Shown piece after piece: positions 40,871-50,932 of a stretch of 64,000 nt of DNA (position 1 is the stretch's first letter; each line of letters opens with the position of its first letter). Origin of the DNA: Halioglobus sp. (GTDB lineage Bacteria > Pseudomonadota > Gammaproteobacteria > Pseudomonadales > Halieaceae); the NCBI GenBank assembly GCA_047650635.1, contig JBLHNQ010000005.1, positions 18,942 to 82,941 on the forward strand, given 5' to 3'. The notes beneath the pieces were generated by a model. It did not search any database. It was not told the DNA's origin and saw nothing but the letters and a program-made list of their open reading frames with translations. The position numbers and the translations under genes are program-made.

Positions 40871-41955
40871 GCCAACGTACTCCCCTGATCGACTACTCGC
40901 CAGGCGACTGTCTCGCCCGCTCGCAGTGGCGTGAGACTGTCGTTTCCAAGCGGCAGCTGTGCGGGCACAGTCCAGCTGTCTTTCTCCAGTATAATGTTGT
41001 CGCTGTTACGTGGCAGATTATAAAAATCGGGACCAAAATGGCTGGAAAATGCCTCCAGTCGATCTAGTGCGTTCAGTTGTTCAAAGACTTCCGCATATAA
41101 CTCGATGGCCGCGTGCCCGGTGTAGATGCCGGCGCAGCCGCAGCTGCTTTCTTTGCTGGCAGTGGTATGGGGGGCGGAATCGGTTCCCAGGAAAAACTTT
41201 GGGTTGCCGGAGATGGCCGCCTCACGCAGAGCGTTTTGATGGGTGCTGCGCTTGAGGATTGGCAGGCAAAAATAATGAGGTTTAATGCCCCCCACCAGCA
41301 TGTCGTTGCGGTTGAGAAGCAAATGGTGAGCGGTGATGGTTGCCGCAACGTTGCTGGGCATAGCGGCGACAAACTCTACAGCGTCACTGGTGGTAATGTG
41401 TTCAAGAACGACCTTCAATTTGGGAAATTTCTGCACTATGGGGGCCAGATGTCGGTCGATGAATACCTTTTCACGGTCAAAAATGTCGATGTCGGTATCG
41501 GTGACTTCGCCGTGAATTAACAGGGGAAGCCCCACGTCCTCCATGGCTGCCAGGGTGGGGTAAAGGCTTTGCAGGTCAGCTACGCCAGCGTCGGAGTTGG
41601 TGGTGGCGCCTGCGGGATACAGCTTTACCGCGTGGACAAAAGGCGACTCGGCGGCTCGTTTTATTTCGTCCGCATGGGTCTGATCGGTGAGGTAGAGCAC
41701 CATCAGCGGCTCAAACTGTCGTGGAAAACCAGACATGGCGTTGAGAATACGTTGGCGATACGCACCAGCTTCTGCCACGGTGGTAGCGGGAGGTGTAAGG
41801 TTAGGCATCACAATAATGCGCTTGAAATAGCGTGCCATATCGGTACAGGTCCGTGCAAGGGCGTCGCCATCACGTAGATGAACGTGCCAGTCATCCGGGC
41901 GGGTAATGCGTAATTGGTTCACGATGAGCCTGTGGTTCGTTGGCGAAGAGTGCAT
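40867..41955 (-). CDS. pyrC: dihydroorotase
   Basis: [10 protein letters not shown] and FLGTDSAPH motifs. Confidence 0.92.
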   Translation of the reverse strand: MHSSPTNHRLIVNQLRITRPDDWHVHLRDGDALARTCTDMARYFKRIIVMPNLTPPATTVAEAGAYRQRILNAMSGFPRQFEPLMVLYLTDQTHADEIKRAAESPFVHAVKLYPAGATTNSDAGVADLQSLYPTLAAMEDVGLPLLIHGEVTDTDIDIFDREKVFIDRHLAPIVQKFPKLKVVLEHITTSDAVEFVAAMPSNVAATITAHHLLLNRNDMLVGGIKPHYFCLPILKRSTHQNALREAAISGNPKFFLGTDSAPHTTASKESSCGCAGIYTGHAAIELYAEVFEQLNALDRLEAFSSHFGPDFYNLPRNSDNIILEKDSWTVPAQLPLGNDSLTPLRAGETVAWRVVDQGSTLA

Positions 41956-42078
41956 GCTACCGTAAAGGCGTAGGTACGGGAATGGGCAGGGCAGTTTTGT
42001 AGGGTTTCAAGGCTGGGAATTATGCAGCCCGCAGAGTAGAATATGCGCCTTTAAAATGGTGTGTCGTTGGAGAGAATG

Positions 42079-43305
42079 ATGTCAGATGTAAACAAAGTTG
42101 TATTGGCCTATTCCGGTGGTTTGGATACCTCGGTCATCGTGCGCTGGCTGCAAGATACTTACAACTGCGAAGTGGTTACCTTTACCGCCGATATTGGCCA
42201 GGGTGAGGAAGTGGAACCGGCCCGTGCCAAAGCCGAGGCCATGGGCATCAAGGAAATTTACATCGACGACCTGCGCGAGGAGTTTGTGCGCGATTTTGTT
42301 TTCCCCATGTTTCGCGCCAACACCGTCTACGAGGGTGAATACCTGCTTGGCACATCCATCGCCAGACCCCTAATTGTCAAGCGGCTGATCGAAATTGCCA
42401 ACGAGACCAATGCGGACGCTATTTCCCATGGCGCCACCGGTAAAGGCAATGACCAGGTGCGGTTTGAACTGGGCGCCTATGCACTGAAACCTGGCATACA
42501 AGTAATTGCCCCCTGGCGTGAGTGGGACCTGAGCTCCCGCGAATCGCTTATGGCCTACTGCGCCGAGCGCGATATTCCGGTAGATTTTGCAGCCCAAAGC
42601 AAAAAGTCGCCGTATTCCATGGATGCTAACCTGCTGCACATCTCCTACGAGGGTGACATTTTGGAAGACCCATGGGCTGAACCTGAAGACGATATGTGGC
42701 GTTGGAGTGTGAGCCCTGAAGCGGCACCCGACCAGGCTACTTATATCGAGCTGGAATATACGTGTGGTGACATTGTGGCGATTGACGGTGAGCCTATGAG
42801 CCCGGCCACCGTGCTTGAGTATCTCAATAAGGTAGGTGGTGCGAATGGCATCGGCCGTGACGACATCGTCGAGAACCGCTATGTGGGCATGAAGTCTCGT
42901 GGTTGTTACGAAACCCCCGGTGGCACCATTATGCTGCGCGGACACCGGGCGATGGAGTCGCTCACCCTGGACCGGGAAGTGGCACATTTAAAGGATGAGC
43001 TGATGCCACGTTACGCCCAGATGATCTATAACGGCTACTGGTGGTCACCCGAGCGCAAAATGATGCAGGTGATGATTAATGAGTCGCAGAAAGTTGTCAA
43101 CGGCGTGGTTCGTCTCAAGCTGTATAAAGGCAATGTGTCTGTCGCCGGGCGTAAGTCTGACGACAGTCTGTTTGATGAAAGCATCGCCACCTTCGAAGAT
43201 GATGCCGGTGCTTACAACCAGGCCGATGCAGAAGGCTTTATCAAGCTCAACGCTCTGCGCTTGCGCATTGCTGCCGGCAAAGGCCGCTCTCCGCTGGACC
43301 AATAG
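42079..43305 (+). CDS. argG: argininosuccinate synthase
   Basis: [12 protein letters not shown]-PPase motif; about 408 aa. ATG at 42079 chosen for spacing from the GGAG at 42069 (alternatives 42061 and 42076). Confidence 0.95.
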   Translation: MSDVNKVVLAYSGGLDTSVIVRWLQDTYNCEVVTFTADIGQGEEVEPARAKAEAMGIKEIYIDDLREEFVRDFVFPMFRANTVYEGEYLLGTSIARPLIVKRLIEIANETNADAISHGATGKGNDQVRFELGAYALKPGIQVIAPWREWDLSSRESLMAYCAERDIPVDFAAQSKKSPYSMDANLLHISYEGDILEDPWAEPEDDMWRWSVSPEAAPDQATYIELEYTCGDIVAIDGEPMSPATVLEYLNKVGGANGIGRDDIVENRYVGMKSRGCYETPGGTIMLRGHRAMESLTLDREVAHLKDELMPRYAQMIYNGYWWSPERKMMQVMINESQKVVNGVVRLKLYKGNVSVAGRKSDDSLFDESIATFEDDAGAYNQADAEGFIKLNALRLRIAAGKGRSPLDQ

Positions 43306-43350
43306 GCCAGACCGGGAGGCGGTTTACCCAGGGTAAGCCGTCGCCCCACA

Positions 43351-46300
43351 TCAGTGAAAATCTCGCGACTGCACCGGCAGGGCCTCCAGCGCACTGCTAT
43401 AATCGATCAAAGCGCCGGCCACAATGTGAATAACATTGTCCTTGGTTTCCAGCGTGCCCTTTACCAGCAAAAGCTTTGCGCTCATCAGGGCCTGACGAAA
43501 GTGCTGCTGGGTCTGTTTCCACACCACTATATTACTGTTTCCGGTTTCATCTTCCAACGTTAAAAACAGCACCCCTGATGCGCTGCCAGGGCGCTGTCGG
43601 CAGGTGACCAAGCCCGCAATACGGACGAAGCGCTTGTTGCTCACGCCGGGTAGGTCAATGTGGCGTTTGCAACGGTTAAAAGGAGGCCGATTACGCAGCA
43701 GGGCCATGGGGTGGGCGCGCAGGGTGAGACCGGTGGATTGATAGTCGGCGAGTACCTCCTCGGCCACAGCGGGGGCAGGCAAAGTCACGTTATCGTTAAA
43801 ATAATCTGACCGTTGCCGGCATTCATCTTGCAACAGTGGTTTGGGTGTTTCCAGCGCCATAATTTGCCATTGGGATTGGAAGCGGTGACCACTGAGTGAC
43901 GCCAGGGCGTCGGCAGCGGCCAGTGCTTCCATATCGCGTTTGTCCAGATTGGCCCGGTGGCGCAGGTCACTAATTTGCCGGTAAGGCGTGTGCCGTTGTT
44001 CAATAATGCGCTGCGCGCCATTTCTGCTCAGACTTTTTATCAGCCGAAAACCCAGGCGGATGGAGGGCTGGGTTTGTGTGTTGGGCTTGCCCAGTAGCTG
44101 ATGATCCCACAGACTGAGATTGACGTCGGCAGGCAGAACAGTAACCCGGTGGCGCCTGGCATCCTGTACAAGCTGCGAGGGTGAGTAAAACCCCATAGGC
44201 AGACTGTTGAGCAGGCCGACAAAAAAAGCTGCGGGGTGATGTCGTTTCAGCCAGGCAGAGAAATAAGCCAGCAGCGCAAAGCTGGCGGAGTGAGACTCGG
44301 GAAAACCATAGCCGCCAAAACCTTTTATCTGCTCGAACAGGCGCCGGGCAAACGCTTCATCGTAGCCCCGCCGCAGCATGCCCTGAATCAACTTATTTTC
44401 AAAGTTAAGCAGCTTGTTGTTTTTACCCCAGCTGGTAATGGCCCGCCGCAACTGGTCAGCCTCGCCGCCACTGAAACCGGCGGCGACCATGGCCAGCTTA
44501 ATGACCTGCTCTTGAAAGATGGGTACGCCCAGCGTGCGCGCCAGCACTTCTTTTATTGCATCGCTGGGGTAGGTGACTGTTTCGAGCCCCTGCCGGCGCC
44601 GTAAATAGGGGTGCACCATGTCGCCCTGTATGGGCCCCGGACGAACAATGGCAACCTGAATGACCAGGTCATAAAAGCTTTTGGGCTTTAAGCGCGGCAA
44701 CATGGACATTTGGGCGCGTGACTCAATCTGGAACACGCCGATGGTATCGGCGGCCTGCAACATGCGGTAAGTGGCGGCATCTTCTTTGGGGATGTCGCTA
44801 ATGGACTTTATCGCGGGGCAGTAGCGGTGCACCAGTTGCAGGCTTTTGCGAATGGCCGACAGCATACCCAGAGCCAAAATGTCTACTTTGAGTAGGCCCA
44901 GTGATTCAATGTCTTCTTTGTCCCATTGGATAACCGTGCGATCTGCCATACTGGCATTTTCGACCGGCACCAGCGTGGAAATGGGGCTGCGGGTAATGAC
45001 AAAGCCGCCCACATGTTGCGACAGATGCCGCGGGAAGCCGAGTATCTGCTGCACTAGCTGGTAGAATAATTCGGCTTGCTGGCTGTGCCCGGCGATGCCC
45101 TGCTCCTCGAAGCGCTTGGCAAGATCCTGACTGCGATCCCACCAGGCCAGTGACTTGGCCAGGTCATCTACAAATACCGCATCCAGGCCGAGAGCTTTTC
45201 CCACATCGCGCACAGCACTGCGAGAGCGGTAGGTGATGACAGTCGCTGCCAGAGCGGCTCGTTTGCGACTGTATTTTTGATAAATGTATTGGATAACTTC
45301 TTCGCGCCGTTCGTGTTCAAAGTCGACATCGATATCGGGGGGCTCGTTTCGCTCTTTGGATATAAAACGTTCGAATAACAGCGACACCTGCTGAGGTGAG
45401 ACCTCGGTAATAAACAGGCAATAGCACACCACTGAATTGGCCGCAGAGCCGCGGCCCTGGCAGAGTATCTGGCGCTCCTTGGCAAAGCGCACAATGTCGT
45501 ACACGGTGAGGAAGTAATACTCATAGTTGAGCTCTTTTATAAGCTGCAACTCTTTTTCTATGCGCGCGGCAATATCCACGGGTACACCAGCTGGCCAGCG
45601 CAGTGTTTCACCGCTGCGCACCAGCTCACGCAGGTAAGTGTTGGCTGTGTGGTGTTTTGGCACGACTTCTTCAGGGTATTCATAACGCAGTTGGTCGAGT
45701 GAGAAATTACACAGGCTGGCAATGTGTACGCTTTCTTGCAGCAACGCAGAAGGGTATAGCTGCTGTAGGTTTTCTATAGAGCGTAAGTGTTGTTGGCTAT
45801 TAGCCAGCCGTTTTGTTCCCAGTTGATGGATGCTGCTGTTGTGGCGCAGAGCAGTAAACACATCGTGCAGGGGCTTGCGATTGGCGCTGTGCATTTGTAC
45901 GTTGCCACAGGCCACCATGGGTATGCCCAGTTCGCTGGCCAGCTTATATGAAGACATATAGTTGTTACTTTCGTTATTGCCCAGTAAATGGCACACGCCC
46001 AGCCATACACGGCCTTTGCATAAGCGCTTTAGCTGTTGTCCATAGGCGCGTGTGGGTTCGTCGTCTGCTTCGGGCAGCCATATCAGCAGGCAGCGTTTGA
46101 GGTGAAAAATGACATCGCGCAGGGAGGCGCGATATTCCCCTTTGGGGCTGCGTCGCCTGGCCATGCTGATTAAACCCGACAGCTCACTGTAAGCCGCACG
46201 AGAGGGAACCAATGCAAGCAGCTTTATGCCTTCTTCCAGATTTAACTCGCTGCCTATAATTAATGGTATGCCTACCTCCTTTGCTGCAACGTGGGCTTTT

Positions 46301-46443
46301 ACCACGCCCGCGAAAGAGCACTCGTCGGTAATGGCGATAGCCGCGTAGTCACGCTTTGCGGCTCGCGCTACCAGCTCGTGAGGGTGGGAGGCGCTGCGCA
46401 AAAAGCTGAAGCTGCTGAGGCAGTGGAGTTCGGCGTAAGACAT
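43351..46443 (-). CDS. dnaE2: error-prone DNA polymerase III alpha-like subunit DnaE2 (ImuC)
   Basis: 1030 aa; N-terminus YAELHCLSSFSFLRSASHPHELV is typical of DnaE2 rather than DnaE1; PHP and polymerase core present; LexA box upstream. Confidence 0.88.
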   Translation of the reverse strand: MSYAELHCLSSFSFLRSASHPHELVARAAKRDYAAIAITDECSFAGVVKAHVAAKEVGIPLIIGSELNLEEGIKLLALVPSRAAYSELSGLISMARRRSPKGEYRASLRDVIFHLKRCLLIWLPEADDEPTRAYGQQLKRLCKGRVWLGVCHLLGNNESNNYMSSYKLASELGIPMVACGNVQMHSANRKPLHDVFTALRHNSSIHQLGTKRLANSQQHLRSIENLQQLYPSALLQESVHIASLCNFSLDQLRYEYPEEVVPKHHTANTYLRELVRSGETLRWPAGVPVDIAARIEKELQLIKELNYEYYFLTVYDIVRFAKERQILCQGRGSAANSVVCYCLFITEVSPQQVSLLFERFISKERNEPPDIDVDFEHERREEVIQYIYQKYSRKRAALAATVITYRSRSAVRDVGKALGLDAVFVDDLAKSLAWWDRSQDLAKRFEEQGIAGHSQQAELFYQLVQQILGFPRHLSQHVGGFVITRSPISTLVPVENASMADRTVIQWDKEDIESLGLLKVDILALGMLSAIRKSLQLVHRYCPAIKSISDIPKEDAATYRMLQAADTIGVFQIESRAQMSMLPRLKPKSFYDLVIQVAIVRPGPIQGDMVHPYLRRRQGLETVTYPSDAIKEVLARTLGVPIFQEQVIKLAMVAAGFSGGEADQLRRAITSWGKNNKLLNFENKLIQGMLRRGYDEAFARRLFEQIKGFGGYGFPESHSASFALLAYFSAWLKRHHPAAFFVGLLNSLPMGFYSPSQLVQDARRHRVTVLPADVNLSLWDHQLLGKPNTQTQPSIRLGFRLIKSLSRNGAQRIIEQRHTPYRQISDLRHRANLDKRDMEALAAADALASLSGHRFQSQWQIMALETPKPLLQDECRQRSDYFNDNVTLPAPAVAEEVLADYQSTGLTLRAHPMALLRNRPPFNRCKRHIDLPGVSNKRFVRIAGLVTCRQRPGSASGVLFLTLEDETGNSNIVVWKQTQQHFRQALMSAKLLLVKGTLETKDNVIHIVAGALIDYSSALEALPVQSRDFH

Positions 46444-46576
46444 GATGGGCTTAGGGTTAATTGTCGAGTGGGCTTATAACGCGCAGGTCAAGGCGAGCAG
46501 TGTGAGTGAATCGGTTTGATTCACTTCCAATAGCATGAGGTATATCATTCATAGAGTGTGCCTGAAAATCAATTAA

Positions 46577-46592
46577 CTGTATATATATACAG
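46577..46592. promoter_or_regulatory. LexA (SOS) box
   Basis: CTGTATATATATACAG, with extended aACTGTATATATATACAGTA matching 19 of 20 positions of the gammaproteobacterial consensus TACTGTATATATATACAGTA. It lies 134 bp upstream of the dnaE2 ATG. Confidence 0.85.
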
Positions 46593-46783
46593 TAGTACGG
46601 TTTTGGAGAAATACAAACTTTTTTTACGGCGCGCAACTGGGCGAGGCTAGCGACGTTCTCGATCCGCTTCAATACCAGACCGATAGTGCCCCGTTCCGGC
46701 GCATCAAATGCACCAAAGTAGAATCCTGCGGGGTGCTTCGAGTCAGACGCCGAATTGAATCCCACTCAAATTTCCTCGCCAGA

Positions 46784-46798
46784 GTTAATCGTATTAAC
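46784..46798. promoter_or_regulatory. palindrome GTTAAT-cgt-ATTAAC upstream of the glnN sigma-54 promoter (candidate enhancer)
   Basis: Perfect 6-bp arms about 100-115 bp upstream of the -24 element, with an A/T tract in between. Confidence 0.3.
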
Positions 46799-46899
46799 GC
46801 GGCAAACCTCAGATTCCTCGTGCTTTAACAGGGTGAGGGTGTTCAATCTTGCTATTAGACAAAACAAAAATATAAATTTTTTCTCCGTATGCCATCAGT

Positions 46900-46915
46900 T
46901 GGCTTACATATTGCT
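46900..46915 (+). promoter_or_regulatory. sigma-54 (-24/-12) promoter for the type III glutamine synthetase gene
   Basis: TGGCTT-ACATA-TTGCT, with GG and GC at the canonical spacing; 52 bp upstream of the ATG. Confidence 0.6.
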
Positions 46916-46966
46916 ATGACTTATTGGAGACATGAGCCAAATTGACTTGAAAGAAGGGAGCTGCAA

Positions 46967-49141
46967 ATGAACGGAAATACAAGCCGAAGGCAGGCGATAC
47001 AAAATATTGTTAATCGTACTGAGGCCGATGTATCTGAAGCAGAACCGCTCTCCAAGATATGGGCTTGCGATGTTTTTTCACTGGCAACGATGGAAGAATC
47101 GCTGTCTAAGAATGCCTTCAAGGCGATGAAGAAAACGGTACAAACCGGCGCTCCCCTGGACCCTGCTACCGCCGATATAGTGGCCGCGGCAATGAAGGAT
47201 TGGGCACTGACGAAAGGTGTCAAATTTTTTTCGCATATCTTCTACCCACTGACCAATATTACAGCCGAAAAGCATGATGGATTTATCATAACCAACCCCG
47301 ATGGAGGTGCGATTACCGAGTTCACCGGGAGTCTTCTGATCAAGGGTGAGCCCGATGGGTCTTCATTCCCGAATGGCAGTATTCGCATGACTAACGCCGC
47401 GCGCGGCTATACGGCATGGGACCCGACCAGCCCCGCCTTTGTTAAGCACACTGCCAATGGCTCTACCTTAATGATTCCCAGCGTGTTTATGTCGTGGACC
47501 GGTGAGGCCCTCGATAAGAAAATTCCTCTGCTGCGATCCAATGATGCGATGAACAAATCAGCGCAGAAGGTGCTGTCGCTGATGGGAGAAACCGAGATCG
47601 CACCTATTAACTCAAGTTGCGGTGCCGAACAGGAATACTTCCTGGTGGATGCCAACTTCGCCGCTAGTCGTCCAGACCTTTTGTTAACGGGTCGGTCGTT
47701 GTTTGGAGCGCCGCCAGCCAAAGGTCAACAGTTTGACGACCACTATTTTGGCGCAATACCGGAACGGGTGCAGGTTTTCATGCAGGATTTTGAGGACCAA
47801 CTGTATCGGCTCGGTATTCCGGCCAAAACACATCACAATGAAGTTGCTCCCGGGCAGTTTGAAATCGCACCTTACTTTGAAGCTGCCAATGTGGCAGCCG
47901 ACCATCAACAGTTGTTGATGACCATATTAAAGAGCACCGCAGCAAAGCATGGTTTTGTTGCACTGTTACATGAGAAGCCTTTCGCCGGCATAAATGGCTC
48001 GGGTAAGCATGTGAACTGGTCTGTCGGTAATTCCACCCAGGGAAACCTCCTGGACCCGGGTAGTACGCCACACGATAACCTTAATTTTCTGCTTTTTTGC
48101 GGTGCTGTAATCCGCGGGGTGCATTTGTATGGGCCGTTGCTGCGCGCGGTTATTGCCTCGGCGGCCAACGACCACCGACTTGGGGCAAATGAAGCACCCC
48201 CGGCTATTTTGTCGGTATACCTTGGAGACCAGCTCGAGAAGGTATTTGAAGATATTAAAAAAGGTAACCTCCTCAAGTCGGAAACAGGCGGCGTAATGGA
48301 TCTTGGACTATCCCAGATTCTTAGTTTTGAACGCGATCCGGGTGATCGCAACCGAACCTCGCCTTTCGCCTTTACCGGCAATCGCTTTGAGTTTCGCGCA
48401 GTGGGTTCTTCACAATCTGTTTCTGGTCCACTGGTTGCAATGAATACCATGATGGCCGACTCATTGGACTGGATAGCGGATAAGTTACAGGTACTACTCG
48501 ATGGGGGCGCAACGCAACTGGAAGCGGTTGTAGATGTGCTCAAGGAACTCATGGATCTACATGGTAATGTAGTGTTCGGCGGTGATGGCTATTCATCACA
48601 ATGGCATAAAATGGCTGTGGAAGAGCGTGGCTTGAAAAACATTCCCACCACTGCAGATGCACTTCCCGCACTGCGTGAAGAGTCTGTCAAAAAGTTGTTT
48701 GAACGTACCGGTGTGCTTTCTCCGATAGAACTGGAGAGTCGTTTTGAGGTTTATGCCGAGCAGTATGTATTATCAATCGAGGTCGAGGCCAAACTGGTGA
48801 TTGAAATGGCCAAAACAATGATTTACCCGTCAGCTACACAGTATCTTAGCGATATTGGTCTGTCGAATTCGAGAATGGCCGAGATGAATATCGAGACTGA
48901 TAGCTCGGTTGCACAATCGATCGCGAACAACGTTAACTGCATGATGGCTGCGGTCAAGGAGCTTGGCGTTGCTTTGGAAAAAGAAGAATTCCCAAGCGTT
49001 GAAGATCATCTGCAGTTCTGTGCCAAGGATATCTGTCCATTAATGCTGGCGGTTCGATCGCATGCCGATGCACTTGAGCAGGAGGTTGCCGACGAACAAT
49101 GGCCACTACCCAAGTATCGAGAAATGCTGTTTCTGAAATAG
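46967..49141 (+). CDS. glnN: glutamine synthetase type III
   Basis: 724 aa (GSIII size class); GS catalytic segments such as [10 protein letters not shown] and EVAPGQFE. Confidence 0.88.
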   Translation: MNGNTSRRQAIQNIVNRTEADVSEAEPLSKIWACDVFSLATMEESLSKNAFKAMKKTVQTGAPLDPATADIVAAAMKDWALTKGVKFFSHIFYPLTNITAEKHDGFIITNPDGGAITEFTGSLLIKGEPDGSSFPNGSIRMTNAARGYTAWDPTSPAFVKHTANGSTLMIPSVFMSWTGEALDKKIPLLRSNDAMNKSAQKVLSLMGETEIAPINSSCGAEQEYFLVDANFAASRPDLLLTGRSLFGAPPAKGQQFDDHYFGAIPERVQVFMQDFEDQLYRLGIPAKTHHNEVAPGQFEIAPYFEAANVAADHQQLLMTILKSTAAKHGFVALLHEKPFAGINGSGKHVNWSVGNSTQGNLLDPGSTPHDNLNFLLFCGAVIRGVHLYGPLLRAVIASAANDHRLGANEAPPAILSVYLGDQLEKVFEDIKKGNLLKSETGGVMDLGLSQILSFERDPGDRNRTSPFAFTGNRFEFRAVGSSQSVSGPLVAMNTMMADSLDWIADKLQVLLDGGATQLEAVVDVLKELMDLHGNVVFGGDGYSSQWHKMAVEERGLKNIPTTADALPALREESVKKLFERTGVLSPIELESRFEVYAEQYVLSIEVEAKLVIEMAKTMIYPSATQYLSDIGLSNSRMAEMNIETDSSVAQSIANNVNCMMAAVKELGVALEKEEFPSVEDHLQFCAKDICPLMLAVRSHADALEQEVADEQWPLPKYREMLFLK

Positions 49142-49268
49142 TAGATCCCACTAGTGCAGGCCAGCCCACCAGCTGTAGACAACGCTGCACAAATTGTGCG
49201 GTTAATTCCAATCGCTGATATAGTTCTTGGTATAGGCCCAAGTAACGGTGAAGTGCTTAAGTGAAACT

Positions 49269-49284
49269 TGGCACTTACATTGCC
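49269..49284 (+). promoter_or_regulatory. sigma-54-type -24/-12 element upstream of the DUF167-corA pair
   Basis: TGGCAC-TTACA-TTGCC, about 45 bp upstream of the first ATG of the DUF167 gene. Confidence 0.5.
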
Positions 49285-49327
49285 GAATTGATAAAGATAA
49301 GCTCTCTGTCGTACCTCGCGCACAGAG

Positions 49328-49726
49328 ATGGCCGTCATGGCAAAAAAGAGAAAATCGAAACCAGGCACGGATGATTCCCCGGCGATAGAGAAAATAGTTT
49401 CATTTCATCCAAAGGAAATGAAAAGCTTTTACGCATGGGACGATGACGTTTTAGTGCTGAATATTCTGGGAACACCCAGTGCCAAAAAAGATTCTATCGG
49501 CAAGCCTATGGGCAATCAGTTAAAAATAAGCGTAACGGCTACCCCGGTCGGCGGTCGTGCCACTGATTATATGGTGAAGTGGCTGGCTAAAGAGTTTGGC
49601 GTCAATAAAATTGAAATTGAGGTTGTATTCGGCCGCATGAATATTCATAAGCAGCTTAGAATTAAGCGTCCTACCCGATTACCCAAAGTTATCGAGAAAA
49701 CTGAAAATCAGACGAGTAAAGCATAA
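49328..49726 (+). CDS. DUF167 (YggU-like) family protein with Lys-rich N-terminal extension
   Basis: LNILGTPSAKKDSIG...LKISVTATPVGGRATDYMVKWLAKEFGV...IEVVFGRMNIHKQLRI parallels E. coli YggU. Confidence 0.7.
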   Translation: MAVMAKKRKSKPGTDDSPAIEKIVSFHPKEMKSFYAWDDDVLVLNILGTPSAKKDSIGKPMGNQLKISVTATPVGGRATDYMVKWLAKEFGVNKIEIEVVFGRMNIHKQLRIKRPTRLPKVIEKTENQTSKA

Positions 49727-49789
49727 GTGATGGAGTTGACTATGAACCACATCAAAAACCCCAGATATCACGATCTCGAGCAACAATAA

Positions 49790-50857
49790 ATGTTTGATTC
49801 CATGAAAAGAGCTTCAGGAAAAACCGGTTTACCACCCGGTTCACTTATCCATGTGGGCGACGTGCATGACACGGTGACCACTATGTATGTCGTAGATTAC
49901 AGTAAAGAGACTTTGGAAGAAAAAGCAATTGAATCTATTGATGAGATACTGAAATATAAAGACAGTCAAACCGTAACCTGGGTGATTGTTGAAGGCTTGG
50001 GAAACGTCGATGTCGTAGCGCGCATCGGGGCAATATTTGGTATACACCAGCTTGTACTCGAAGATATTTTGAATACCAACCAAAGGCCAAAATTCGAGGA
50101 CTATGACAGCTATCTTTACATTGTTCTCAAGAGTTTACTGTCGGAAAATGAGCGGTTTACGGTTAATTATGAGCAAATAAGTATTTTAGTCTTGAATAAT
50201 TTTGTTTTTATGTTCAAAGAAAAAAAGGACGATCTTTTTGACTCGCTTAAGCAGCGAATCAGGTCTAGTAAAGGCAGGCTAAGAAGTCTCGGTGCAGATT
50301 ATCTTACTTATGCGATTCTTGACTATATTGTCGACCAGAATTTTCTTCTTCTAGACTCATTGGATGAGGTTATAACGCCACTTGAAGATAGTTTGCTGGC
50401 TTCAGAGCCAACGGAAAATTTGCTCTATCAGATCCAGAAGCTTAAGAGAGAGATAATTAGCATCAGAAGATATGTGTCCCCGGTAAGGGAGCTTCTTTCT
50501 GGCATGCTGCGCAGTGAATCTGCGCTGATTAATAAAAGCACAGATATTTATTTAAGGGACGTTTCCGATCACGTAGTACGAGTCGTCGAATCTATAGAGT
50601 CGCACAGGGATATTTTGAATGGTCTGTTAGAGATATACATTTCCCGCGTTAGTAATAAAATGAATGAAGTAATGAAGGTGTTGACGGTTTTCGCCTCAAT
50701 ATTTATTCCTTTGACTTTTATTGCGGGAATATACGGAATGAATTTTGAATATATGCCTGAGTTACAGGTTAAATGGGCGTATCCAGCTCTTTGGATAGCT
50801 TTTATAACGATCCCCGTTGTACTACTTGTCTATTTCAAAAAGAAAAAGTGGCTTTAA
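49790..50857 (+). CDS. corA: magnesium/cobalt transporter CorA
   Basis: YGMNFEYMPEL (GMN motif) between two C-terminal TM helices; 355 aa. Confidence 0.92.
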   Translation: MFDSMKRASGKTGLPPGSLIHVGDVHDTVTTMYVVDYSKETLEEKAIESIDEILKYKDSQTVTWVIVEGLGNVDVVARIGAIFGIHQLVLEDILNTNQRPKFEDYDSYLYIVLKSLLSENERFTVNYEQISILVLNNFVFMFKEKKDDLFDSLKQRIRSSKGRLRSLGADYLTYAILDYIVDQNFLLLDSLDEVITPLEDSLLASEPTENLLYQIQKLKREIISIRRYVSPVRELLSGMLRSESALINKSTDIYLRDVSDHVVRVVESIESHRDILNGLLEIYISRVSNKMNEVMKVLTVFASIFIPLTFIAGIYGMNFEYMPELQVKWAYPALWIAFITIPVVLLVYFKKKKWL

Positions 50858-50932
50858 ATGATAGGCTGGCCAGTCAAAAATTTAAATTCGTGGCCCGAAT
50901 AGCCGAGGGAGCGGAGCGTGAACAGCTCTGGC

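Noticed and set aside
43306-43350. Imperfect hairpin (ggcggtttaccc a gggtaagccgtc) between convergent argG and dnaE2 as a terminator
   Set aside because: It has a near-zero loop, two G-U pairs and no U-tract on either strand, which is too weak to call.
46457-46765. 102-aa minus-strand ORF immediately upstream of dnaE2
   Set aside because: The LexA box and presumptive promoter lie inside it (46577..46592), so it cannot be a normal gene. At most the last 31 codons could be a leader ORF, and the upstream part may be a decayed remnant.
47905-48552. 215-aa minus-strand ORF inside glnN
   Set aside because: A shadow ORF opposite a strongly supported GSIII gene.
49186-49200. TGCAC-AAATT-GTGCG as an NtrC binding site upstream of the second sigma-54 element
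   Set aside because: The half-site spacing is 2 bp shorter than the NtrC consensus (TGCACC-N5-GGTGCA) and one arm is imperfect. It also doubles as a weak post-glnN hairpin.
49730-49789. 19-codon ORF (MELTMNHIKNPRYHDLEQQ) abutting the corA ATG (TAAATG) as a possible leader peptide
   Set aside because: No Shine-Dalgarno, too short to evaluate, and it is simply the in-frame region upstream of corA closed by a stop. It cannot be supported from sequence alone.
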